64,000 bases of DNA, taken from the NCBI GenBank assembly GCA_963816185.1, contig CAWFJJ010000028.1:480001-544000 (forward strand), in the 5' to 3' direction. The number at the start of each line of letters is the position of its first letter. Position 1 is the stretch's first letter. Below are positions 19,765-28,455 of the stretch, piece after piece. The stretch is from Thermoanaerobaculia bacterium (GTDB lineage Bacteria; Acidobacteriota; Thermoanaerobaculia; UBA5066). The notes beneath the pieces were generated by a model that was not told the origin of the DNA, made no database searches, and was given only the letters and a program-made list of their open reading frames with translations. The position numbers and the translations under genes were made by a program.

Positions 19765-20423
19765 GTCCTGCTGAGGAGCAAGGCTCTCGAGGATCGCCTC
19801 TCGAGGATGGCGCACACCTCTTCGTCGGTTGTCTGTGGGAAAGTCTCGTAGAAGCGTCCTACGGCGTCGAAGGGCTCCTCCTCGAGGACGCAAACCACCT
19901 CGTCCGCGCATGCGGCGAGCTTCTGGACAGTCGAGGGCGGCGCCACCGGCACGGCCACGACGACGCGCGCCGGTCCCAGCTTACCGAGAGCCTTAACTGC
20001 CGCGAGCATCGTCGAGCCCGTCGCGAGGCCGTCATCGACGAGCAGAACGATCGTTCCGCGTGGATCGATCGGATCGAGCCCGTGCCGGTAGCGCCGCTCG
20101 CGGCGCTCGAGCTCGCGTCGCTCGTGGGCGGTCACCCCTTCGATGACAGGCCAGGAGAGACCGAAGTATTTGACCACTTCATCGTTGAGGATCCTGACGC
20201 CGCCGCTCGCGACGGCGCCGAACGCCAGCTCCTCGTGGCCGGGCACTCCGAGTTTGCGCACCAGGAACGCGTCGAGGGGCGCGACGAGCGCTTCGGCCAC
20301 CTCAGCGGCGACGGGGACTCCGCCCCTGGGCAGAGCGAGAACGAGGACGTCGGGACGAGTTCGGTATGCAGCGAGGCGGGCCGCGAGCTGTTTGCCGGCG
20401 TCGATTCGGTCCTTGAACCTCAT
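19761..20423 (-). CDS. Phosphoribosyltransferase (Rv0571c/Rv2030c N-terminal-like)
   Basis: FKDRIDAG..LA, LALPRGGVPVA, VRKLGVPGHEELAFGA, PRPP motif VDDGLATGSTM. Confidence 0.93.
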   Translation of the reverse strand: MRFKDRIDAGKQLAARLAAYRTRPDVLVLALPRGGVPVAAEVAEALVAPLDAFLVRKLGVPGHEELAFGAVASGGVRILNDEVVKYFGLSWPVIEGVTAHERRELERRERRYRHGLDPIDPRGTIVLLVDDGLATGSTMLAAVKALGKLGPARVVVAVPVAPPSTVQKLAACADEVVCVLEEEPFDAVGRFYETFPQTTDEEVCAILERRSSRALLLSRT

Positions 20424-20510
20424 CTCGGCACCCAAGGACAACGTGGGGCGGGCCGCCGCATGCGGCGATGACGCATCTGCATCAGCCCGTCGCCGATCCC
20501 GGCGTAGAGT
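20418..20510. promoter_or_regulatory. Copy B of the 67-bp element; probable bidirectional activator site with -10 boxes on both strands
   Basis: GATG-N9-CATC at 20467-20483; 21 nt to TAGAGT (20505-20510, plus strand) and 21 nt to CACGTT on the minus strand. Confidence 0.7.
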
Positions 20511-20518
20511 CGAGACAG

Positions 20519-20764
20519 ATGGGCTTCGAGCATTTCGAGCACGGAGCCGACGTCGGCGTCCGGGGTTACGGCGCCACGCCGGAGCAGGCGTTCGAGGAAG
20601 CTGCTTCGGCGCTCTTCTCTCTCGTCGCGGCCCAGGCCTTCGGCGAACGGTACGATTCCGCCCGGCACTCGAGCACCGTGGAGCCGAAAGGCGCCACCTT
20701 CACGGCGCTGAAGGTGGCGGCCGAGAAGGGCGAGTGGGTCGCCCAATGTGTCGTGGATGTCTGA
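20519..20764 (+). CDS. Archease, apparently internally deleted (81 aa)
   Basis: N-terminal FEHGADVGVRGYG..AFEEAA.ALF and C-terminal VEPKGATF...AQCVVDV; directly upstream of rtcB. Confidence 0.8.
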   Translation: MGFEHFEHGADVGVRGYGATPEQAFEEAASALFSLVAAQAFGERYDSARHSSTVEPKGATFTALKVAAEKGEWVAQCVVDV

Positions 20765-20779
20765 GAAGGGCGCGAGGTC

Positions 20780-22208
20780 ATGCCCGCTTCCCCGCTTTTC
20801 GAGATCGAGCCGAACGTCTGGGAGCTTCCGAGAACGGGCCGCATGCGCGTCCCCGGTCGAATCTACGCGAGCCGCGAGCTGATCGACGCGCTCGACGAGA
20901 AAGTGGGCGAGCAGCTCGGGAACGTGGCGACCCTTCCCGGCATCGTCGGCTCGGCCTGGGCGATGCCGGACGCCCACTGGGGGTACGGCTTTCCGATCGG
21001 CGGCGTGGCCGCCTTCGATCCCGAGCAGGGAGGGATCGTCTCGGCCGGGGGCGTCGGCTTCGACATCTCGTGCGGCGTGAGGACGTACACGACGGGCCTC
21101 ATGGAGACGGGGCTCCGCAGCCGTCTCGAAACCCTTGCGCACGATCTCTACCGCGCCGTGCCGGCGGGCGTCGGCTCGGAGGGCGCTCTCCACCTCTCGA
21201 TCGATGAGCTGGATGAGGTCATGCGCCGCGGTGCGCACTGGGCCGTGGAGAGAGGATATGGCGAAGCCGAGGAGCTTTCGCACGTCGAGGAGAACGGAAC
21301 GGTTGCGGGGGCCGACCCGGGCAAAGTCAGCCGGCGCGCGAAGGAGCGTCAGCTTCGCGAGGTCGGAACGCTGGGTTCCGGGAATCACTACCTCGAGCTT
21401 CAGGTCGTGGACGGGATCTTCGACGCCGCGGCCGCCCGTTCGTTCCATCTCGAAGAGGGACAGCTCCTCGTCGCGATCCACTGCGGCTCGCGCGGGCTCG
21501 GCCACCAGGTCGGCACGGACTACATGCAGGTTCTCGGCAAGGCCGCGCCCCGTTACGGCATCGAGCTCCCCGACCGCGAGCTGGCCTGCGCGCCGATCCG
21601 CTCGCCCGAAGGGCAGGACTACCTCGGCGCCATGCGCGCGGCGATCAACTGCGCTCTGGCGAACCGGCAGGTGATCGGCTCCCGTTCGCCGGGTCTTCGC
21701 CCGCCGCGTCCCGGAGGCGCGACTTCGCCTCCTCTACGACGTCTCGCACAACACGTGCAAGGAGGAGACGCACGCCGTTGGCGGGCGGCCCAGGCGCCTC
21801 TTCGTCCATCGCAAGGGGGCGACACGCGCCTTCGGGCCTGGCCATCCCGATCTTCCTGCCGAATACGCGGCGGTCGGTCAGCCCGTCCTGATCGGCGGAA
21901 CGATGGGGACGTATTCGTTCGTGCTGGCCGGAACGACCGAGAGCGAAACGCGGGCCTTCAGCTCCTCCTGCCACGGAGCCGGCCGGCGGATGAGCCGCAT
22001 GAAGGCGAAGAAGGAGTGGCGCGGCAACGAGCTCATCCGGGAGCTCGGGGAGCGCGGCATCCTCATCAAGGCGCATTCCGCCTCGGGCGCCGCCGAGGAG
22101 GCGCCGGGAGCCTACAAGGACGTCGAGGAGGTCGCGAAGGTGGCGGAGGACGCCGGCCTTTCGAGGCGAGTCGCCCGGCTCCGCCCCGTCGCCTGCGTCA
22201 AGGGCTGA
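20780..22208 (+). CDS. rtcB: RtcB 3'-phosphate/5'-OH RNA ligase (long, archaeal/Thermus-like); apparent frameshift near 21680
   Basis: MPDAHWGYGFPIGG, GFDISCG, GSGNHYLE, HCGSRG; after the shift LYDVSHNT, HRKGATRA, SSCHGAGR, EEAPGAYKDV. Confidence 0.93.
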
Positions 22209-22356
22209 CCCGAGCCGCTCCCGGGAGCGCTCCGACGCCGTGGTCGAGAACGTGTCGCAACGTTAGACAAACGTCCCCCTGTGCACTTACCCGAGTCCAG
22301 AGCCGGACTCTCCAGGAACAGGGTACCGGCGGAGCTCTATTTGAAAAGGAGAGTAT

Positions 22357-24333
22357 ATGGTTAAGAAGTATTCACTTCTCATCCTCGCGCTCGGAGCCGG
22401 TCTTCTCCTTTCCTGGCTTCCGGGCGGCGCCGCCGGCCCGACGGGGTGGACCGTCATCGCCTGGAACAACCTCGGCATGCACTGCCTCGACGCCGACTTC
22501 AGCACCTTCGCGATTCTCCCGCCCTACAACACGATCCAGGCCCAGGTGATCGACGCGACCGGCCGCCGGGTCACCGACCCGACCGCGGTCTCCCTCACGT
22601 ACGAAGCGGTCGCGGATCCCTCCGGGTCGATCAACCGAACGTCCGCCGGGAAGACCAATTTCTGGACGAACGTGATGAACCTTTTCAATTTTTCGCTCCC
22701 CGCCGACACCGGATTGGTCGGAAAGAAGATGCCCGGGACGGCCAACGCACCCCAGCCGATGGGGTGGGACGGGACGCTCCAGTGGTGGATCGCCGAAGGG
22801 ATTCCGCTCACGCCGTACGACGACGCCGGCGCGAAGAACACCTACCCGATGATGAAGGTCGCCGCCAGGAACCCGTCCGGGTCGATCGTCGCGTCGACCA
22901 ACATCGTGCTTCCCGTATCCGACGAGATGGAATGCAGCGCCTGCCACTCCTCCGGCTCTGCACTCGCCGCGAGACCGTTCGGCGGCTGGGTCTACAACGC
23001 CAACGCGCAGCTCGACTACCGCTTCAACATCCTGCGGCTCCATGACGACTTGCAGAAGTCGAACACGACTTTCACGGCGGCGCTCGCGAAGCTCGGTTAC
23101 AACGCCGCCGGTCTCGAGGCGACCGCAAACGGCGGCAAGGCGATCCTCTGCGCAAGCTGCCACCGCTCCGAAGCCCTCGCCGGGAGCGGGATCGCCGGAA
23201 TTCCTCCTCTCACGCAATCGATCCACGCGATGCACGCGTCGGTCATCGACCCGACCAACCACCTTCCCCTCGATTCGACCTTGAACCGCTCGGCGTGCTA
23301 CCGCTGTCACCCCGGATCCGTCACGAAGTGCCTCCGCGGGGCGATGGGGAGCGCGGTGGCCCCGGACGGCACGGCGCTCATGCAGTGCCAGAGCTGTCAC
23401 GGACTGATGAGCGCCGTCGGCGCCGCGGGGCGGACGGGCTGGCTGCAGGAGCCGGCGTGCCAGGAGTGCCACACGGGCTCGGCAACCGTCAACAGCGGCC
23501 AGATACGCTACACATCGGTCTTCGACTCTAACGGAAGTCCGCGCGTTCCGGCCAGCACGCTTTTCGCCACGAACCCCGATACACCCGTTGCCGGAATCTC
23601 TCTCTATCGCTTCTCGACAGGCCACGGCGGGCTCCAGTGCGCCGCCTGCCATGGCTCGACGCACGCCGAGTACCCGTCGTCCCACGTAAACGACAACCTC
23701 CAGAGCATGGCGCTCCAGGGGCACGCCGGGACCCTCTCCGAGTGCTCCACGTGCCACAACGCGAGCGTGCCGTCCACGATGAACGGCGGCCCGCACGGCC
23801 TGCACCCGCTCGGATCGAGCTGGGTGAACGCCCACGGCGACATCGCAAGCTCGAACCGATCCTCATGTCAGGCGTGTCATGGGACCGACTACCGTGGCAC
23901 CGTCCTCTCCCGGGCCTTCACGAACCGTAGCTTCTCGACCGAGCACGGGACCGTCCGGCTCGCCGCGGGGACACAGGTCGGTTGCTACTCATGCCACAAC
24001 GGTCCCTCCGGCGAAGGAAGTCCGCCGTCCGTCTCGCCGACGCCGACCCCGACGCGCACTCCGACGCCGGGTCAGACTCCCTCGCCGACTCCCGTCGGAA
24101 CGCCCAGGATGACGCCCACGCCGACCCCCACGCGCACCCCGACGCCGGGTCAGACTCCCTCGCAGACTCCCGTCGGCACGCCCAGGGCGACGCCTACCCC
24201 GACCCCAATCCCGACCCCAAGCGCCACACCGACGGCATCGCCGTCACGGACGCGGACGCCGAGCCCGACGCCCACACCGACCCGCCGTTCGATTGTCGAT
24301 GACGATGAGGCCATAACGCCTCGGCGCACATAG
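22357..24333 (+). CDS. Secreted multiheme cytochrome c (9 CxxCH) with Pro/Thr-rich tail
   Basis: AAGGAG RBS, signal peptide; CSACH, CASCH, CYRCH, CQSCH, CQECH, CAACH, CSTCH, CQACH, CYSCH. Confidence 0.92.
   Translation: MVKKYSLLILALGAGLLLSWLPGGAAGPTGWTVIAWNNLGMHCLDADFSTFAILPPYNTIQAQVIDATGRRVTDPTAVSLTYEAVADPSGSINRTSAGKTNFWTNVMNLFNFSLPADTGLVGKKMPGTANAPQPMGWDGTLQWWIAEGIPLTPYDDAGAKNTYPMMKVAARNPSGSIVASTNIVLPVSDEMECSACHSSGSALAARPFGGWVYNANAQLDYRFNILRLHDDLQKSNTTFTAALAKLGYNAAGLEATANGGKAILCASCHRSEALAGSGIAGIPPLTQSIHAMHASVIDPTNHLPLDSTLNRSACYRCHPGSVTKCLRGAMGSAVAPDGTALMQCQSCHGLMSAVGAAGRTGWLQEPACQECHTGSATVNSGQIRYTSVFDSNGSPRVPASTLFATNPDTPVAGISLYRFSTGHGGLQCAACHGSTHAEYPSSHVNDNLQSMALQGHAGTLSECSTCHNASVPSTMNGGPHGLHPLGSSWVNAHGDIASSNRSSCQACHGTDYRGTVLSRAFTNRSFSTEHGTVRLAAGTQVGCYSCHNGPSGEGSPPSVSPTPTPTRTPTPGQTPSPTPVGTPRMTPTPTPTRTPTPGQTPSQTPVGTPRATPTPTPIPTPSATPTASPSRTRTPSPTPTPTRRSIVDDDEAITPRRT
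24040..24190 (+). repeat. 78-bp tandem duplication in the PT-rich tail
   Basis: GGTCAGACTCCCTCG at 24070 and 24148; [22 protein letters not shown] occurs twice. Confidence 0.8.
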
Positions 24334-24363
24334 AGGTCAGGCCGGCAAATCGAAATCAAAGGT

Positions 24364-24393
24364 GGGCGGACGCGCCCGAAAGCGCGTCCGCCC
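24364..24393 (-). terminator. Probable intrinsic terminator between convergent genes
   Basis: 12-bp stem GGGCGGACGCGC/GCGCGTCCGCCC, followed on the minus strand by ACCTTTGATTT. Confidence 0.65.
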
Positions 24394-24441
24394 GAGATCA
24401 CGGCGCCGGAGCAGCCTGGCGCCGCGATCGATGGGATGCCC

Positions 24442-25956
24442 TCAGCGCGGGACCACGGCGGTCGAATCGTTCGTCGCGTTGTCGATGACAGAGGCTGACG
24501 CGGTGAACGCCCCGCCCTTCGTGGGCGTCGAGAGCCTGATGCGCGCGTCGCAGACGTCGCCTCCCGCCAGCTCGTGCCCGATGTCGTTGATCTGGGCCAT
24601 CCCGAGAGGGTCGAGGTGGACCTTCCGGGACCCCAGCTCGGAGCCGTCGGCCGCAACCATCGACATGTCCACGTCGAGCGGCTCCTCGGTCGCGTTCGCG
24701 AGCGTGAGGTTCGTCCGGAAGTGCGCATCCTCGTGCACGCCCGCCAGGAACCGAGCCCGGTCGTCTGTAATGAGGTCGTTCCGGCCGGCGGCCTCGAGGT
24801 CCTGGCCGAAGTGGCCGTCCCCGTTCGGGGTCATCGTCCGGCTCCTGATGACGAGCGTCGGAACGTTCGACGTGATCCTCACGGCACCGAAATCGTCCGC
24901 GACCCCGAAGAAGGAGCCGACGATGTCGTTGAGCGTGACCGTCGCTCCCGCCGCGAGATGAAGCGTTCCCTCGGAGCCCTGCCGTCCGTCGCGGTCATGG
25001 CCCAGGAACTTGATGTTTACGGTCGCGTCGGCCGTACCCATGTTGGAGAGAGTCACGTCCGTCGTGAAGAAGCTTCCGTCCAGACCGGATTTGTGCGCGG
25101 ACGACGGCAGCATCCACGTGTTCGTCGTGGAGACGGTCGCGGCCGACGCCGGGCCCCACTCCACGTCTACCCGCGAGGCATCGATCGATCCGTCCCCCTG
25201 AGACAACCCGTTGACCTCCACGAGTGCGCCGACCGCCAATACGCCGTCCTCCTGATCGATGCGAGTGGATGCCGTCACGTGCACCGTCGTCCCCGCCACC
25301 ATCCAGTCGCCGACGAAACCGGGGGTCGACGCCAGGGCCTGTACGGCGCCGCGAATCTCGACCTTCTGTCCGGCGCTCTGCGCCACACCGAGCTTGACCT
25401 CGATCTCGCTGGCGTCGATCGAGCCGTCCGAGCGCGTCGTACCGTGGACCTCGACGAAGTCCCCGACGATGAGGGCTGCGTCCTCCTGATTGATTCGCGT
25501 CATCGCCGTCACGTGGATCGTCTTGCCGCCGACGTTCCAGTCACCCACGATCCCGCCGGGCGGCAGGCTCTGGATGAGGCCACGGAACTCCGTTTCTCCC
25601 GGGTTGGGGGGCGGGGTGGGGGTGGGCGTCGGGGTGGGCCCGGGCCCCGGACCCGATGACGCGCGCTTGACCTCGATGCGCAGCGCGTCGACGGAGCCGT
25701 CCATCCGGAGATTCCCCCGCACCTCGACGACCGCACCCATCGCGATCGCGCCGTCTTCCTGGTCGAACCGCGTGAGCGCCGTCACGTGAACCGTCGTACC
25801 GGCCACTCCCCAGTCGCCGAGGAGCCCTCCGGATGGAAGACTCAGAATGGTGCCCGTGAACTCGAACGAGGCTTGGTCACCGTCGTCGGCCACCGCAGCG
25901 AAAGGAACGAGAACGAGAAGAAACGTGAAAAGTAAAGACAAGGATTTCGCCCTCAT
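24442..25956 (-). CDS. Secreted protein with three DUF5666-like repeats and a C-terminal beta domain
   Basis: Signal peptide; three G.W.V.G.T.HVTA.TR..QED...G..VEV.G....DGS.DA..(I/V) repeats. Confidence 0.85.
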   Translation of the reverse strand: MRAKSLSLLFTFLLVLVPFAAVADDGDQASFEFTGTILSLPSGGLLGDWGVAGTTVHVTALTRFDQEDGAIAMGAVVEVRGNLRMDGSVDALRIEVKRASSGPGPGPTPTPTPTPPPNPGETEFRGLIQSLPPGGIVGDWNVGGKTIHVTAMTRINQEDAALIVGDFVEVHGTTRSDGSIDASEIEVKLGVAQSAGQKVEIRGAVQALASTPGFVGDWMVAGTTVHVTASTRIDQEDGVLAVGALVEVNGLSQGDGSIDASRVDVEWGPASAATVSTTNTWMLPSSAHKSGLDGSFFTTDVTLSNMGTADATVNIKFLGHDRDGRQGSEGTLHLAAGATVTLNDIVGSFFGVADDFGAVRITSNVPTLVIRSRTMTPNGDGHFGQDLEAAGRNDLITDDRARFLAGVHEDAHFRTNLTLANATEEPLDVDMSMVAADGSELGSRKVHLDPLGMAQINDIGHELAGGDVCDARIRLSTPTKGGAFTASASVIDNATNDSTAVVPR

Positions 25957-26235
25957 ATGACCCCCTGCGCACCCCTCCTTGCTTTAATGGAGCCGCAGCT
26001 TTTCGAAGGGCGCTCTCACGAAGGGCCGCGGCAGTCGTTCGATCGCCGGGCGGTATCGTGACCTTCGAGCAAGCACACGTCTGTGCGCCGCTTCACAACT
26101 TTGTCTGCAGAACGCACAGTCGGTGAGGTAGTTCACGGAAGAGGCCGGCTCTCGGCCCTCCGTATTCCGCTTAGACCTTCATCCACGAGACGCGGGAGGG
26201 CATGCGTCCACGCCGTTCAGCGCCCGCGACGACGA

Positions 26236-26451
26236 CTACGCTTTGCCGAGGATGGTCGTCGCCCGTTCCGTCATGTGCGGGAACAGGTCTGACGGGACCG
26301 CGTGGCCCGACGTGCTCACGACGTAGCGGGCGCAGCCTTCCTTGTCCGCCATGCAGAAGGAGTCTTTCATCGCCTGCGACGTCGAAGGCATGTTGTCCAT
26401 CTTGTCGTTGAAGAACTGGCACTTCTCGATCTTCTCGCACGCTGACATCAT
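26236..26451 (-). CDS. Small Cys-rich conserved hypothetical protein
   Basis: AAGGAG RBS; CEKIEKCQFF..M..MP...FC....CARY....VPSDLFP. Confidence 0.78.
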   Translation of the reverse strand: MMSACEKIEKCQFFNDKMDNMPSTSQAMKDSFCMADKEGCARYVVSTSGHAVPSDLFPHMTERATTILGKA

Positions 26452-26600
26452 GGTCTCCTTGTCAAACGATATAGACATGTGGTTATCAATTGTTACGGAG
26501 TACGCGACGGGAGTGAGGGTGCTACGGGGGTGTTCCTCGTCAGGCTACCTCACGTGCGACCTCCCGAGCCCGCGGGCCACCATTCGTGTTCTGCGAGGCC

Positions 26601-26645
26601 TTGACGGGCGCCGGCGCATGTGAGAGGTTACCTACCACTCGGTAG
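26601..26645 (+). promoter_or_regulatory. Promoter region and probable TetR operator
   Basis: TTGACG at 26601; palindrome CTACC-ACTC-GGTAG at 26632-26645, just before the TetR start. Confidence 0.55.
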
Positions 26646-26661
26646 TACCTTCTAGTCACGA

Positions 26662-27331
26662 ATGACCGCGCCTCACGACACCGCCGTCTCCCGCTCCCGC
26701 CGTGTGTCCGCGCGGACGCTCCCGGCGCGCGAGCGGCTCTTGGCCACCGCCTCAGAGCTGTTTACCTGCCGCGGTTACGCGGCTACGTCGGTCCGCGAGA
26801 TCGTCGCCGGAGCGGGCGTGACCAAGCCGATCCTCTACCACCACTTCGGGAGCAAGGAAGGAATCTTCCTGGAGCTGGTCGGACGCCTCGAGCGCGAGAT
26901 GGAAGAGCGGCTCGAAGCCGCTCGCCTCGAGCCCGGCACGCCTCTCCAGAGGATCCGGGCGATCTGCCAGAACCTCTACTCCATCGTGAGCGGGCACGAG
27001 CCGGAGGTTCGACTCCTCTACGCGATCTACTACGGCCCCCCAGGGGACGCCGGAGGTAGACATCGAGGCGCTTCCCCACCGGGTGGAGGCGGCGCTCGCC
27101 GAAGCCGTTCGCGAAGGGATGGCGTGCGGCGAGATTCGCCGGGGCGACGTCCGCTACACGACCCTCGCCATCCAGGGCTCGCTCGTCACCGCGATCGAGT
27201 GCCACATTGCCGAACGGGAGCCGTCGATCGGCCCCGACGGGCTCGACCGCCTTCTCGACGTCATCCTGCGCGGCGTGGCCGCGCCTGCCCGCACCTCACG
27301 CTCGCGCATCACGAAGGAAACCGCACAATGA
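26662..27331 (+). CDS. TetR/AcrR family regulator; apparent frameshift near 27040
   Basis: GYAATSVREIVAGAGVTKPILYHHFGSKEG; the C-terminal half continues in the 27083..27331 frame and ends in an ATGA overlap. Confidence 0.9.
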
Positions 27332-28455
27332 AGATTCTCCGGCTCCTCCTTGCTCTCGCCCCGCTCTCCGCCGCTGTTCTCACCGGCTGCTCCGGCAAGG
27401 GAAGCGGAAGCACCTCGACCGCTCCGCAGAAGATGGCCGTCGAGGCGGCGCCGTCTCCGTCGGGACGTTGCGGCAGACGATCGCCGTGGTCGGCACGCTC
27501 GAGCCGAAATGGCAAGCCGAGGTGAAGGCCGAGTACAGCGGGGTCGTGGCCGAGGTGCTCGTCCCGGAGTGGACGCGCGTGAAAAAGGGGGACGTCCTTC
27601 TCCGGTTCGACGCGCGCGAGGCCGAGGCGGTCGCCGCCTCCGCCCGCGCGTCGCTTCCAGGCCGAGGTGGCCGTCACGCGGGCCACCCGAGAGAGCGAGC
27701 GGACCGAGAAGCTGAAGGAGGCGGGCCTCGCCACGCAGCAGCAGGTCGACGAGGCCCGCACCGCCGCCGAGGCGGCGCAGGCGACCGCCGGCGCCGCGCG
27801 CGCCCAGAAGGACGTGGCCGAGACGCGGCTCGGCAAGACGGTCCTGCGCGCGCCGCTGGACGGCGTCGTGGCGTCCCGGTGGGTCAACCCCGGCGACTTC
27901 GTCCAGAACATGGGATCGGACAACACGATGTTCCGCATCGTGGATAACCGGCTCCTGGACCTCACCGTCGCGGTCCCCTCCTCGAGGCTTTCCGACGTCC
28001 GGGTGGGCCAGCCGCTCACCTTCGCGACCGATGCCGTGCCCGGCAGAACGTTCGAGGGGCACGTGCGGTTCGTGAACCCCGCCGCCGACGTCGCGAGCCG
28101 CACGGTCAAGGTCTTCGTCGAGGTTCCGAACACGCGGGGACGCTCCGCTCCGGGCTCTTCGTCAAGGGAGAGATCGTCACAGGTGAGCGTGCGAACGTCC
28201 TGACCGCACCGCGCACGGCGATCCTCTCGTGGGACCTCGCGCAGAAGCAGGCCGTCCTTTACGCGCTCGAGGGCGAGATCGCGAGGAAGCGGACGGTGAC
28301 GACCGGCGCGACCTCCGGCGACCAGGTCGAGATCGTCTCCGGCCTCGCGGTGGGCGACCGCGTCGTGACGCGCGGCGGCTTCAACCTGCGCGACGGCGAC
28401 TCGGTCGAGGTCGTCCGGCCCGAAGCCTCCCGCCTCCGACACCAAGAGGTCCTGA
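27328..28455 (+). CDS. RND membrane-fusion (periplasmic adaptor) lipoprotein; several apparent frameshifts (~27450, ~27655, ~28140, probably ~28440)
   Basis: Lipobox LTGC; VKKGDVLLRFD, VLRAPLDGVV, VNPAADVASRTVKV, VEIVSGLAVGDRVVTRG spread over frames; TGATG junction at 28453-28457. Confidence 0.85.

Noticed and set aside
26055-26090. Sigma54 promoter upstream of the DUF5666 gene
   Set aside because: TTGC is present on the minus strand but the -24 GG is missing.
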